Sequence record: OQ718158.1
DNA: 64,000 bases
Strand: one strand, 5' to 3'
Part shown: one piece after another, positions 10,326-20,380 of the stretch
Position numbering within the stretch: the stretch's first letter is position 1
How the letters are laid out: the number at the start of each line of letters is the position of its first letter
The notes under the pieces: model-generated
Seen by the model: the letters and a program-made list of their open reading frames with translations, nothing else
What the model was told of the DNA's origin: nothing
The model's database searches: none
Made by a program: the position numbers and the translations under genes

Positions 10326-10353
10326 AAAAGGGATCATATATTGGTCCCTTTTT
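10326..10353 (+). terminator. intrinsic terminator
   Basis: AAAAGGGATCA-tatat-TGGTCCCTTTTT. Confidence 0.85.
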
Positions 10354-10371
10354 CTTTTAAGGTACATTATA

Positions 10372-10548
10372 GTGAATGTAACAACACAGATGTTATTACG
10401 AAAAGACTACTTAGAAAATATAGAAAGATACTACAGAATGTCTTTGTATGAAAATAAACATAAAAATTATAATTTTAATAAACTACTAAATTCCAGTACT
10501 GAAGATTATCTATTTTCATCAATGTTTTATGTGAGAGGATTATTGTAA
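10372..10548 (+). CDS. 58-aa hypothetical protein (not in ORF track)
   Basis: GTG start, TAATG overlap with next gene. Confidence 0.5.
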   Translation: MNVTTQMLLRKDYLENIERYYRMSLYENKHKNYNFNKLLNSSTEDYLFSSMFYVRGLL

Positions 10549-10808
10549 TGGATAAATTTCACACAGATATATCACAGATAGGTAATCTTATCAATAGTCT
10601 AATTACTGATTTAGAAGAAAAGTACTTAGGACGAAATGTATACTTAGAAATGTATGAAACATATGGTGTTATTGATATGATTTATTACAGTGCATTGAAG
10701 TATGAAATACGTTTAACTGTATGTTTATATGAAAAAGGTACATTTAAAAGAAGTACTGCAATTCGTCAAGTTGGAGTTGATGACATGGAATTATACGAGG
10801 AACACTGA
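10548..10808 (+). CDS. small hypothetical protein (family A-like)
   Basis: KYLGRNVY; GAGG RBS. Confidence 0.7.
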   Translation: MDKFHTDISQIGNLINSLITDLEEKYLGRNVYLEMYETYGVIDMIYYSALKYEIRLTVCLYEKGTFKRSTAIRQVGVDDMELYEEH

Positions 10809-11059
10809 TGTTTGAGCAGGACTTAGAGCTATTCAAAAGTTATGTCGAGTACTTAGTTACATTAGAAAAAGAGCTAACGACAAAGTACAAAGGTATTCGT
10901 GTTCTGTGCTGGTATGATGATTCGGATTATAAACGTGAACTCACCATTGACCGAATCTATTTCATCGACGGTGTATTGAATGTGCATGGTGTAAATGATT
11001 TTGGACATTCATATACTTATTCGAATAATGCTAAATTCAAGAGGATTGACAATGAATGA
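10808..11059 (+). CDS. small hypothetical protein (family A-like)
   Basis: KYKGIRVLCW; TGATG overlap. Confidence 0.7.
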   Translation: MFEQDLELFKSYVEYLVTLEKELTTKYKGIRVLCWYDDSDYKRELTIDRIYFIDGVLNVHGVNDFGHSYTYSNNAKFKRIDNE

Positions 11060-11354
11060 GTACTATCAAAATTTATTCAATTACATAAAACTAATAGATG
11101 ATCTTGCTTTCGATTTTCTTAGTACTGATAAAGTTGGTGAGCCTTTATATTATGATTGTATTGGAACACTTTGTTCAGATGAAAAGAATATATTAGAAAA
11201 TAAATTACCGTCATCACAGTGCTTAATCAATGGTTCCAAAGCAGTAATAACTGATGTTAATTTTTATAAATCTCTTAATACTATTTGTTATGTATTCAAT
11301 AACACTGTGTTTAAACATGTAACAAGTAATATTAAATCTGTGAGGTTCTTATGA
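11052..11354 (+). CDS. small hypothetical protein
   Basis: GAGG RBS, ATG 11052. Confidence 0.65.
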   Translation: MNEYYQNLFNYIKLIDDLAFDFLSTDKVGEPLYYDCIGTLCSDEKNILENKLPSSQCLINGSKAVITDVNFYKSLNTICYVFNNTVFKHVTSNIKSVRFL

Positions 11355-11647
11355 ATTTAAAACTTTTGTTAGAACAGGTACATTTATTGTATAGCTGTGC
11401 TGATGGTTCTGATAAGGAGTATAGTGAAGTTTATTTAGAACTGTTTAGAACGGAAATACACATAATTAGAAGATACTTAATTGATAATAAAACTGAAGTA
11501 AAAGTTAGATACCATAATGGTACTTTAAAGAATGGTATAATTATTGGATTGATAGTTACACGAATGTCTAGTAATATTAAAGTTGCAGTTAGATTAATGA
11601 CTGATGATGGTGTCTACACCATAGAAGTAAGTGAGATTATATATTAA
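11351..11647 (+). CDS. small hypothetical protein
   Basis: ATGA overlap. Confidence 0.65.
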   Translation: MNLKLLLEQVHLLYSCADGSDKEYSEVYLELFRTEIHIIRRYLIDNKTEVKVRYHNGTLKNGIIIGLIVTRMSSNIKVAVRLMTDDGVYTIEVSEIIY

Positions 11648-11953
11648 ATGGATATACAAACATTCAATAAACTAAAGTACTATGACAATGGTTTTGCTAT
11701 TATCATTGATGAACTAGATGGAATACCATATGAGTATCATAATGATGTAATGAAGATAGTAAAAAGTATTTGTAATGATTTAAAAACTATTTTCGAAAAT
11801 GAATATGTATACGACTTAGGTACAAACAATAAGAAACTATACATAAAGAAATTCTGTGGAACGCATTGTGGTCTGATGGTTGATTTAGGTTTAAGTGCTG
11901 ACAACAATTTCGAAGCATGTAGTTTATATCTGGATGAAATGCGAATCTCATGA
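11648..11953 (+). CDS. small hypothetical protein
   Basis: Abuts upstream gene. Confidence 0.65.
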   Translation: MDIQTFNKLKYYDNGFAIIIDELDGIPYEYHNDVMKIVKSICNDLKTIFENEYVYDLGTNNKKLYIKKFCGTHCGLMVDLGLSADNNFEACSLYLDEMRIS

Positions 11954-11979
11954 GACATATCTTGATTCGGTGATATAAT
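11952..11979 (+). promoter_or_regulatory. RGACA-N13-TGATATAAT promoter
   Basis: GAGACA-16 nt-TATAAT with TG. Confidence 0.75.
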
Positions 11980-12001
11980 TTCATTACAACACTGACATGG
12001 A

Positions 12002-12340
12002 GTGGTTGTTGTGAATAACGATTTTTTAAAAATGTGGGAAAAAACAATAGTAATTCTATCTAGTTCATTAATGCACATTTTCAGTACTGATAATTCTTAT
12101 AGTTCACATACATTTGATTTAATATGTAATAACTATGTAAATGGTATATCAGATGAAATATGTCCATTCATTGCGTATTCACCGGATGGTATTGAAGAAT
12201 TTAATATATGCAACATCAGTTGTGGTTTTGGTGATTGGCTTGTGTTAAATGATCGAGGTGGAATCTGTTTATACATCGAAGATATTGGTAAATTTATATA
12301 CAAAGGAGTAGAATATGTTAACAATCGCAGCAGTTATTAG
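12002..12340 (+). CDS. hypothetical protein
   Basis: GGAG near GTG start, downstream of promoter. Confidence 0.6.
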   Translation: MVVVNNDFLKMWEKTIVILSSSLMHIFSTDNSYSSHTFDLICNNYVNGISDEICPFIAYSPDGIEEFNICNISCGFGDWLVLNDRGGICLYIEDIGKFIYKGVEYVNNRSSY

Positions 12341-12911
12341 TGTACTTGGTGTAGTTATTGCAGGTATGCTTGCATACAATTACAATCGTAGTGTTATCGG
12401 CTATGTACTACTTAGTCTAGTACTAACCCCAGTACTCACCATCGTTACTTTATTAGTGCTAGGTGAACGTAATATCAACTTCATGATTAATGATAAACGT
12501 GATCAGGTTACACCAGAACCTGAAAAAGTTATTCCTGAAGAACAAGAAGAACTTAAAGTTGAAGTTCAAATGCAAGTGAATGTTCACAATGCACTTGATG
12601 AAACTGATCCAAAAGTTAATGTTACTGTTGTTCCTGTCGTCAATGAAGTAAAGCCTAAAGCAGCACCGAAAAGTACTAAAGCACCAAAGAGCACCAAGAC
12701 TACAAAGAAAGCTCGCTATACTAAAGGGAAGAATAAAAACAAAGTCCAAGATGAACCACAACAAGGTACACACGACCATACTTCCCATATTATTACAGCA
12801 GCCACCACCGCAGCAATCGTAACGCCATATATCTCTTCTGCTGATACTGGTTCATATGATAGCTCTAGCTGTGATTCAAGCTCTAGTTCAAGTTCCGGTA
12901 GCTGTGATTAA
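12315..12911 (+). CDS. membrane-anchored protein with Lys-rich linker and Ser/Asp-rich tail
   Basis: Two N-terminal hydrophobic segments; ends DSSSCDSSSSSSSGSCD. Confidence 0.75.
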   Translation: MLTIAAVISVLGVVIAGMLAYNYNRSVIGYVLLSLVLTPVLTIVTLLVLGERNINFMINDKRDQVTPEPEKVIPEEQEELKVEVQMQVNVHNALDETDPKVNVTVVPVVNEVKPKAAPKSTKAPKSTKTTKKARYTKGKNKNKVQDEPQQGTHDHTSHIITAATTAAIVTPYISSADTGSYDSSSCDSSSSSSSGSCD

Positions 12912-12913
12912 CA

Positions 12914-13246
12914 ATGAAACATCTTGCACAATATAATCAGTACTTGATTGCGTTGCATCAAATGAAAGATGATTTCTATAAAAGTGCAGAAACAGAACTC
13001 GTCGGTAAGATAGTAAAATTTACTGACGAGTACATCAACCGATATGCGGAAATGGACGATGATCCAGAGTATGAATCATACTACCAGTACATAAATCCCA
13101 ATACAAGAATGAGAATTATTGAAATTATGAAATACGGTATACGTTTAATTGCACAAGTAGAATACATCAATCACGATGCAATTGATGCCGCTGCCTTTGG
13201 TGATGAAATAAGTTTAGAATATCTTATTCAAGTTGATGAGGAATAA
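12914..13246 (+). CDS. small hypothetical protein (family A-like)
   Basis: LVGKIVKF. Confidence 0.7.
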   Translation: MKHLAQYNQYLIALHQMKDDFYKSAETELVGKIVKFTDEYINRYAEMDDDPEYESYYQYINPNTRMRIIEIMKYGIRLIAQVEYINHDAIDAAAFGDEISLEYLIQVDEE

Positions 13247-13248
13247 TA

Positions 13249-13464
13249 ATGACTACATTTTTTGCAATATATGGATTTGTTGCGTTTTGCTCATTTATAT
13301 GTAACTTTCTAGTACTGAATTGGAAATGTTTCAAAGATGAAATCATAACTGCAATGAGTCTACAATCAGCAGCACTAATGGCTATAATTTGGCCTGTAAC
13401 TATGGTGTATCTTTTTATCTCAATAACAAAAGATATCATATCCCACTTCAAGAGAAAGAAATAA
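13249..13464 (+). CDS. small membrane protein
   Basis: Two hydrophobic segments; GAGG RBS. Confidence 0.65.
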   Translation: MTTFFAIYGFVAFCSFICNFLVLNWKCFKDEIITAMSLQSAALMAIIWPVTMVYLFISITKDIISHFKRKK

Positions 13465-13718
13465 TGTTCAACACCGACTATTCACATTTGCGATATCTTA
13501 TGTCTTTGGCTGATGATTTTATTAATGATTTGAAGCCGAAGTATATTGGACAAGAAGTACGTTTGATAAACTCAAGGGGTTATGGGAAGTACATTATCGC
13601 TGATATGTATATTAGCGGTGGTGAATGGCGTTTCAAAGTTAATACGTATCTTAAAGATGGTTCTTTTGCAGGTACACAAGTTACAAAACACACTAACATT
13701 ATATGGTTGGAACAATAA
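13464..13718 (+). CDS. small hypothetical protein (family A-like)
   Basis: KYIGQEVRL; TAATG overlap. Confidence 0.7.
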   Translation: MFNTDYSHLRYLMSLADDFINDLKPKYIGQEVRLINSRGYGKYIIADMYISGGEWRFKVNTYLKDGSFAGTQVTKHTNIIWLEQ

Positions 13719-14461
13719 TGAAACATTTTTTGGAAGTTACAGTACCGGATGATAAAGATTTATATATCGTTGGTGATTTACACGGCAATGGAAAACTGTG
13801 GGATGCTACCAAGAAAGAATTTGGTATCACCAATAATGACTATGTTTTTTGTGTAGGTGATGTTATTGACCGTGGTGACCAGAATTCCAAACTACTATTT
13901 GAATTCCTTTTCGGTGAAAACCGTTTTATGATTGCTGGGAACCACGAGATCATGTGTGTTGATTCTGAAACTCACCGTGACTGGCATCACTGTTGGGTAC
14001 AAAATGGTGGAGATAAGTTCATTGATGAAGTTGGTGAGACAGGTATACAGTTCTTCCGTCAGTACTTAAAGGATCTCCCTATGATTATCCAAATCAATCA
14101 CCGAGGATTGAAGATTGGACTGGTTCATGCTGGTGTTCCTTTGGAATATACCACATGGGAACGTTTCGTTAGTGGGACAAAATCACTTAGTGCTGATATA
14201 ATTGAGAAGTGCTTGTGGGACCGTGATACATTCGACTACTGCAAGAAAAATAACACATATTACGTCCCTAGACTTGATGGCATCCATTGCGTCTTTAGTG
14301 GTCATACCGCAGTATCCGACCCACTCATCTACGGTAATCGTATCTGGATTGATAGTCAGTTTTTAACTGGTGATTTGACTCTTGCAACTCCCCAAAGTGG
14401 CGGGATGAGATACTTACGTAAAGAAAAAGATGAGTATTCATTTAACCGCTTCAAAAGGTAA
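13718..14461 (+). CDS. Ser/Thr protein phosphatase-type metallophosphoesterase (lambda NinI/PphA-like)
   Basis: GDLHG, GDVIDRG, GNHE, VHAG, GHT motifs. Confidence 0.88.
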   Translation: MKHFLEVTVPDDKDLYIVGDLHGNGKLWDATKKEFGITNNDYVFCVGDVIDRGDQNSKLLFEFLFGENRFMIAGNHEIMCVDSETHRDWHHCWVQNGGDKFIDEVGETGIQFFRQYLKDLPMIIQINHRGLKIGLVHAGVPLEYTTWERFVSGTKSLSADIIEKCLWDRDTFDYCKKNNTYYVPRLDGIHCVFSGHTAVSDPLIYGNRIWIDSQFLTGDLTLATPQSGGMRYLRKEKDEYSFNRFKR

Positions 14462-14465
14462 TAAT

Positions 14466-14735
14466 ATGCATGATGATATTAAAAAATCATTGTATGATTT
14501 ATATATTATGAAAAAAACCATCAATTCTATACTTGCCGACCAGATCAAACAGGTACGTAACTTCCTATCAAAAAAACTTATTGGTGCAGAGGTTAAATTC
14601 TATTACAAAAAAAATGTCGTGGTTGATGGTGTTATTAGAAGAGTAGTTACAATTTCAGACCAAACAATATATGTTGAAGTTGAATATGATGGTAAATTAT
14701 CACAATTAAGTACTGAAGATTTAACATTTTTATAA
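14466..14735 (+). CDS. small hypothetical protein (family A-like)
   Basis: LIGAEVKF; ATG 14466. Confidence 0.7.
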   Translation: MHDDIKKSLYDLYIMKKTINSILADQIKQVRNFLSKKLIGAEVKFYYKKNVVVDGVIRRVVTISDQTIYVEVEYDGKLSQLSTEDLTFL

Positions 14736-14745
14736 GGAAATAGAA

Positions 14746-14973
14746 ATGAAAGTAATTCAAGTTATGGTAGAAAAATACCAAACCGAAGATGGTCGTATTT
14801 TTGATTCAGCAAAACAAGCTGAACACCATGAACGTATTATTTCTGGAGCACGTAAAGTGTGCCCTACATGTAATGGTACACAACAAGTTCCATCTGAAGA
14901 CTATCGCAGTTATTATGCTTGTCCACATTGTGATGGTAAAGGGTTTGTAGAAAAACAAGAGGTATGGAAATGA
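14746..14973 (+). CDS. small DnaJ-type zinc-finger protein
   Basis: CPTCNGT and CPHCDGKG repeats. Confidence 0.75.
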   Translation: MKVIQVMVEKYQTEDGRIFDSAKQAEHHERIISGARKVCPTCNGTQQVPSEDYRSYYACPHCDGKGFVEKQEVWK

Positions 14974-15383
14974 AATTATATTGCTTAACAAACATGTACT
15001 GTCAAGGTGTCCAAGCTGGCATTCAAGCATTTCATGCTGGTGTTAAACTAATTAAAGAATATGAAGGTACTGCTTTCAGTACTATTATTGATGAATGGTA
15101 TTATGACCACGAAACTATTGTAGTACTAAATGCTGGTGGTCATGATAAGTTAAATTCTTATTATGATGACCTTTGTAAGCAGGGGAAAGTTCCATTCGCT
15201 AAATTCAATGAAGCCGGATTAAATGATGCAACTACATGTGTAGCAGTACTATGTACATCTGAAATGGTTGAAGACATGTCTGTTATGCGTATGAATCTTC
15301 CTGCTGGGGATCAACTAATGCAAGTAAAATATGGTGCATTGTTTAACACATTAAAAGCAATTAGCACAATGAGGACTGTTTGA
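14970..15383 (+). CDS. peptidyl-tRNA hydrolase 2 (PTH2)-like protein
   Basis: QAGIQAFHA, W...TIVVLN, FNEAGLNDATTCVAV. Confidence 0.65.
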   Translation: MKLYCLTNMYCQGVQAGIQAFHAGVKLIKEYEGTAFSTIIDEWYYDHETIVVLNAGGHDKLNSYYDDLCKQGKVPFAKFNEAGLNDATTCVAVLCTSEMVEDMSVMRMNLPAGDQLMQVKYGALFNTLKAISTMRTV

Positions 15384-16582
15384 TGGATTTTCCAGAGAAG
15401 TTATTTGTGGCTCGTTCATATGTAAATCATAACCAAGTTACTGGTTACATTATAGATGCCACAAAATCACACACAAAAGCGTTTGAGACTAAAAAAGAAA
15501 AGGCCGAGTACTGGGCTAAGAAAAACAATCTACCGTCACTATGGATTGATAATGTGCCTACAATTGGATTTTCTGTGGTACATAAGCTCACTGTTCATGC
15601 TCGTGAAACATACTTCACCATTCGTCACCCTGAAGGTTTCGAGTTCTTGGTGAGTGCTAAAAACATGAACGACCTTATCATCAACAATGATATTGTTAAG
15701 GGTGTATTTGTTGAACCTATGTTCTTCAATAATAGTTTAGAACTAATTAACGGTAAAACTAAAACCTTTGCTAAATTGGTTGAGAAGGAGAATAAGAAAG
15801 AACAACAAAAAGAAGTTGTTTCTAAATTGAAAGTGGGTGATGGTTTTAGACACAATAAAGAAGATTACTATTATTGTGGTAAAGTAAATGCTATTTGTAT
15901 CAAGAAAACTAAAGAGTTTTCATTTTCTGATAAGAGTTCCAAGTATCACTTAGTATATAATACTACTCGTGGGACATATGCTCTTAATGCTCGTCTTGAA
16001 ACTTATGCGTTAGAACCAAGTGCTGCACTGAATGTAAAAACTACAGTTCAAGATGAAATTGTTAAAGCTAATGCATTTTGGCAAAATATCCAACGAAATC
16101 GCAGTAACCCATTATGTGAAAGCAATATTCCAGTACTGATAAGTGATAAGTCGTTTAAAGCACAAGATTTGAAAGTAAAGTACGAAGAAATCAATCCTGA
16201 TGATATAATGAGTAATGGACGATTCAATGAGAACGTACCGTTCATGTGTAAAGTTGATGAACAGGCATATCGTGTTTTCTTTGGTGTAAAGAACAATACA
16301 ACCAGAAGTTATTATGGTCGTAATGGTGATTATATTCTTCAATACACTGATGTATTTGAACGATACAGTGCGTATCCAGTTGAAATTGATGCTAATGGTA
16401 TTATGACAATGGATGTGGATTTAAACGAACATGTATCATTTGGTACATGGAACGGATACCGTTCTCCTTTCTTCCCACCGACTGAAAATAAAACATCATC
16501 AACTCGTTACTACCAAGAAAAACCTTGTCACGTCCAGCTATCACTAAGTAATAAACTTTATATTGGAAAGTATTATCTATAA
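15380..16582 (+). CDS. conserved phage hypothetical protein
   Basis: 400-aa ORF; DNVPTIGF...HPEGFEFLVS. Confidence 0.8.
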   Translation: MMDFPEKLFVARSYVNHNQVTGYIIDATKSHTKAFETKKEKAEYWAKKNNLPSLWIDNVPTIGFSVVHKLTVHARETYFTIRHPEGFEFLVSAKNMNDLIINNDIVKGVFVEPMFFNNSLELINGKTKTFAKLVEKENKKEQQKEVVSKLKVGDGFRHNKEDYYYCGKVNAICIKKTKEFSFSDKSSKYHLVYNTTRGTYALNARLETYALEPSAALNVKTTVQDEIVKANAFWQNIQRNRSNPLCESNIPVLISDKSFKAQDLKVKYEEINPDDIMSNGRFNENVPFMCKVDEQAYRVFFGVKNNTTRSYYGRNGDYILQYTDVFERYSAYPVEIDANGIMTMDVDLNEHVSFGTWNGYRSPFFPPTENKTSSTRYYQEKPCHVQLSLSNKLYIGKYYL

Positions 16583-16593
16583 GGGAATATACA

Positions 16594-18012
16594 ATGAGCA
16601 TTTTAGCAATTCTTGAAAGCATTAAAAATACTAGCAGTACTCTGGGTAAAAAAGCTATTCTTGAACAAAACAAAGATAATCAAACATTACAAAAAGTACT
16701 GAAATATACACTAGACCCTTCAATTGTAAGTGGGTATAAAAAGCTACCACAAGCTGATGATGTATACCAACATATGACATTAGAAGAAGCAATTGATAAG
16801 CTAGAATGCATTTACAAACGTGGTGTGACCGGAAATGCTGGGCGTGACTTCATTGCTTCAGTACTGGGTTCAGTATCAGAAGATGACCAAGAAGTTCTTC
16901 GTAAAATGCTCACGAAGAACCTTGATTGTGGTATCCAAGAAAAGAACTGCAATGATGTGTTCGGGAAAGGTTTTATCAAAGACGAACCATACATGCGTTG
17001 TTCTTTGATTGACAAAAAGACTGCAAAGAACATTAACTTCAAAGATTATGGTTATGCTATATCAGAAGTGAAAATGGATGGTCAGTACTTGAACCACGTT
17101 GTCATTAATGGTTCATTAACTTCTACATCCCGTAATGGTAAACTATACGACTTCCTGGGTTGTCGTGATGGTGAAATGGCAGGTCTTGCTCACATCATCC
17201 AAAGTAAAGATGAACGTTTTAGTAGTGGTGTAGTCTTTATGGGTGAAGGTGTAGTACTGGACAATGATGGAGAAACCATTCTCCCACGCACTACTGGTAA
17301 CGGTATTATCCAGAAAGCTGGTAAAGATAGCATCAGTCAGAATGAAGCAATGCGTACTGTATTTGTTCTATGGGATGTTGTTCCATATGATGCATTTTGT
17401 GAAGGTGTATGGAATGTAAAACGTAAAGAACGTCGCGAGATCTTAGTAGATGCAATTAACGAACTCGGTAGTGATTTTGTTCGTATGGTTGGATTCCGTA
17501 AAGTTCTAAACATCAAAGAAGCATTTGAGTACAATAGTGAACTAATGAACGAAGGTGAAGAGGGTTCAGTACTGAAATGTGAAGATGGTATCTGGAAATC
17601 TCACACTTCTCCTAAGCAATTGAAAATGAAACTTAAAATGCAATTGGACTTGCGTATTGTTGGTTTCAATGAAGGTGAAGGTAAGCGTAAAGGTAGTCTT
17701 GGTTCTTTACAACTGGAAAGTGCTTGTGGTACATTGAAAGTTAATGTAGGTACTGGAATTAAAGAGAAAGACGCAGAATGGACGTTTAAAACCATTTGGG
17801 AAAGAATGCAAGAACTCATTGGTCAAGTAGTGACAGTAGAGTGCAATGATATTGTGTTCGATAAGCGAACTGGCGAGCCATCACTATTTTTACCAGTGTT
17901 TATTGAATTTAGATTTGACAAAAACACCTGTGACGACTATACTCGTATCTTAGAAATTCGTGATAGTGCTGTTGAGGTGTTCTCTAATAGTATTCTTGAA
18001 TCACTCGGTTAA
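16594..18012 (+). CDS. lig: ATP-dependent DNA ligase (T4 gp30-like)
   Basis: EVKMDG adenylation motif, EGEEGSVLK, OB domain with FLPVF. Confidence 0.95.
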   Translation: MSILAILESIKNTSSTLGKKAILEQNKDNQTLQKVLKYTLDPSIVSGYKKLPQADDVYQHMTLEEAIDKLECIYKRGVTGNAGRDFIASVLGSVSEDDQEVLRKMLTKNLDCGIQEKNCNDVFGKGFIKDEPYMRCSLIDKKTAKNINFKDYGYAISEVKMDGQYLNHVVINGSLTSTSRNGKLYDFLGCRDGEMAGLAHIIQSKDERFSSGVVFMGEGVVLDNDGETILPRTTGNGIIQKAGKDSISQNEAMRTVFVLWDVVPYDAFCEGVWNVKRKERREILVDAINELGSDFVRMVGFRKVLNIKEAFEYNSELMNEGEEGSVLKCEDGIWKSHTSPKQLKMKLKMQLDLRIVGFNEGEGKRKGSLGSLQLESACGTLKVNVGTGIKEKDAEWTFKTIWERMQELIGQVVTVECNDIVFDKRTGEPSLFLPVFIEFRFDKNTCDDYTRILEIRDSAVEVFSNSILESLG

Positions 18013-18031
18013 TCATTTATAGGAGGTAATT

Positions 18032-18823
18032 ATGAAATTTGTTGTAACGTCAGACGTACACGGTGGCACTGATTACCTCCATAGTGGTGATTACAGTGAT
18101 ACAGTTCTGATTATTGCAGGGGACTTTGATGAAGCTAAACGCAGTCGTTATCGTACTGGTATCGAATCCCTGTGCAAGCAGTTCAAGAATGTAGTACTGG
18201 TTCCTGGTAATCATGAGTACTACGGTTCAAACATTCACAAGACTAATAAAGTACTGTCCGATATGCAAGATGAGATTCCAAATTTCATCTTTTTGCAAAA
18301 CAAATTTGTATGGCTGGATGGTGTACTGCTGGTTGGTAGTACACTGTGGACTGACTTTGATAAAGGCAATGCACTGGTTAAGTTTGATGCTCAACAAAAG
18401 ATGAATGATTATAAACACATTCGTCATGGAACAACATCAGAACCGTGGAAACGTAAGCTCAAACCTGATGATGTTGAGTTCATGCATTATCAGGATAAAC
18501 AATTTATCAAAAATTCAGTTAACACAGTTCGTCTAATGAATGATAATGATTTCAAGGTTGTGGTGGTAACACATCATGCACCAAGTTATCAGAGTGTATC
18601 TCCGAGATACAAGAATGACTCACTGAATGGATGTTATTGTTCTGATATGGACCAGTATATCGAAGATTTGGGTGCTGATGTTTGGATTCATGGTCACGTT
18701 CATAGTAGCTTTGACTACATCATTGGGAAAACTCGTATCATTTGTAACCCAAGAGGTTATGAATCTTACAGTGGTGCATGTGAGAACTTCGATTACGATC
18801 CTAAATTTGTATTTGAAATCTAA
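18032..18823 (+). CDS. calcineurin-like metallophosphoesterase
   Basis: SDVH, AGD, PGNHEYY, THHAP, HGHVH. Confidence 0.9.
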   Translation: MKFVVTSDVHGGTDYLHSGDYSDTVLIIAGDFDEAKRSRYRTGIESLCKQFKNVVLVPGNHEYYGSNIHKTNKVLSDMQDEIPNFIFLQNKFVWLDGVLLVGSTLWTDFDKGNALVKFDAQQKMNDYKHIRHGTTSEPWKRKLKPDDVEFMHYQDKQFIKNSVNTVRLMNDNDFKVVVVTHHAPSYQSVSPRYKNDSLNGCYCSDMDQYIEDLGADVWIHGHVHSSFDYIIGKTRIICNPRGYESYSGACENFDYDPKFVFEI

Positions 18824-18832
18824 GGTAATGTT

Positions 18833-19228
18833 ATGATACATACACTTCACATTGATGATAAAATGCTTGTTATATTGGGTAGTTGTTATATGTTTCAACG
18901 ATTGGGTATGCGTATGCTATACTCTTGTGACAAAACCCAATACTACAATCCTGATGGTACTGGTACTGTGATGAAAGATAGGCATCACTTCACCAGTGAT
19001 GTAAAACAAGCAGACGATTTAGATTCATTTGCGGGAAAGGTGTATGTTCTAATTAATGATGATAGACGTGGTGGTGTGTTACCATTCAGTACTTTATCAA
19101 TTAATACGTTCTTTAAATACGAACAATTTTCAAATTCACTAAGAATGATTGAGATTGATTTTGATGACATCCCAGTTGGTATACGATATGAATTTCTTCA
19201 TGCTCTTGCATCAATAGGGGTGTACTGA
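18833..19228 (+). CDS. hypothetical protein
   Basis: AAGG RBS. Confidence 0.65.
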   Translation: MIHTLHIDDKMLVILGSCYMFQRLGMRMLYSCDKTQYYNPDGTGTVMKDRHHFTSDVKQADDLDSFAGKVYVLINDDRRGGVLPFSTLSINTFFKYEQFSNSLRMIEIDFDDIPVGIRYEFLHALASIGVY

Positions 19229-19611
19229 TGGAAAATATCGTTGTGTATGTAATTGAGTACAATGATGAAATAAAGTACGTAATTAATGGTTATAAACATT
19301 ACTCCAGTGCAGCCAGAAAGCTGGAAATATATTCAAAAGAAGCAAGAAACTACTGCTTAGATGATGATTCAGTTGAGGTTTGGATTGATGGAAATGCAGA
19401 GTACTTTGATGCTAACTTCTATGAAGATCTTGACAAATCAAATGAATTATACATTTATGTAGAAAATGAACGTTATTACACAAATTCTTTGTTTGACATT
19501 ACCGACTCTACGGTGTATGATAATGCTATGGTTAAGTTGTTAAAGATTGACCACGATATGTTTAATAAACATACAATTTGCGGTTTACTCGATTTTTTAA
19601 GAAACTTGTAG
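19228..19611 (+). CDS. hypothetical protein
   Basis: TGATG overlap. Confidence 0.65.
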   Translation: MENIVVYVIEYNDEIKYVINGYKHYSSAARKLEIYSKEARNYCLDDDSVEVWIDGNAEYFDANFYEDLDKSNELYIYVENERYYTNSLFDITDSTVYDNAMVKLLKIDHDMFNKHTICGLLDFLRNL

Positions 19612-19636
19612 ACAAATACGAACACTGTGATATAAT
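19609..19636 (+). promoter_or_regulatory. RGACA-N13-TGATATAAT promoter
   Basis: TAGACA-16 nt-TATAAT with TG, upstream of clpP. Confidence 0.75.
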
Positions 19637-19670
19637 ACTCACATCAATGAAACAATAGAGGAAAATAACA

Positions 19671-20366
19671 ATGGTTGAACAATTCAATTTTGGTGGTTAT
19701 GCTGGTGGTGAAGTTCGCAACATTTCTATTCCTTATGTAGTTGAAAAAGTTAATGGTGCAGAACGTACTTATGATCTAGCATCTCGTATGATGCAAGACC
19801 GTATCATTTTCCTTGATACTGACTTCAATGACCAAATGGCACATATCATCAAGCAACAATTGGTGTGGTTGGATTCTCAGGGTTCTGAACCAATTACCTT
19901 CTACATTAGTTCTCCTGGTGGTTCAGTACACGCAGGTTTGGGTATCGCTGACATTGCTAAGTCTTGTGTATCTCCTATCCGTACAGTAGTAATGGGTTAT
20001 GCAGCATCAATGGGTTGCTATACACAATCAGTAGTTGGGACTAAAGGTTTCCGTCTAGGTGGTAAGCGTTCTTACTTCATGTGTCATCAAGTAAGTTCCG
20101 GTACTCAGGGTCTGATTACCGATCAGAAGATTTCTTTGAAACACTCTGACGCATTGAACACACTATTGACGAAAGAAATTGCTGAAGCAGTTGGTGTATC
20201 ACACGAACAACTACTGAAAGATGCTGACCGTGACCTGTGGTTGAACGCTGAAGAAGCACTCGAATACGGTGAACATGGTTTCATTGATGGTATCATCCTT
20301 GGTCCACGCAACGAAGAAGGTAAGTATCTCGTCAAACGTCGCGGTGGCGTGGAAGAGTGGGTCTAA
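19671..20366 (+). CDS. clpP: ClpP-like protease subunit
   Basis: RIIFL, SPGGSV, AASMG (Ser), MCHQ (His), DRDLWL. Confidence 0.92.
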   Translation: MVEQFNFGGYAGGEVRNISIPYVVEKVNGAERTYDLASRMMQDRIIFLDTDFNDQMAHIIKQQLVWLDSQGSEPITFYISSPGGSVHAGLGIADIAKSCVSPIRTVVMGYAASMGCYTQSVVGTKGFRLGGKRSYFMCHQVSSGTQGLITDQKISLKHSDALNTLLTKEIAEAVGVSHEQLLKDADRDLWLNAEEALEYGEHGFIDGIILGPRNEEGKYLVKRRGGVEEWV

Positions 20367-20380
20367 TTTGAATTTCATTT

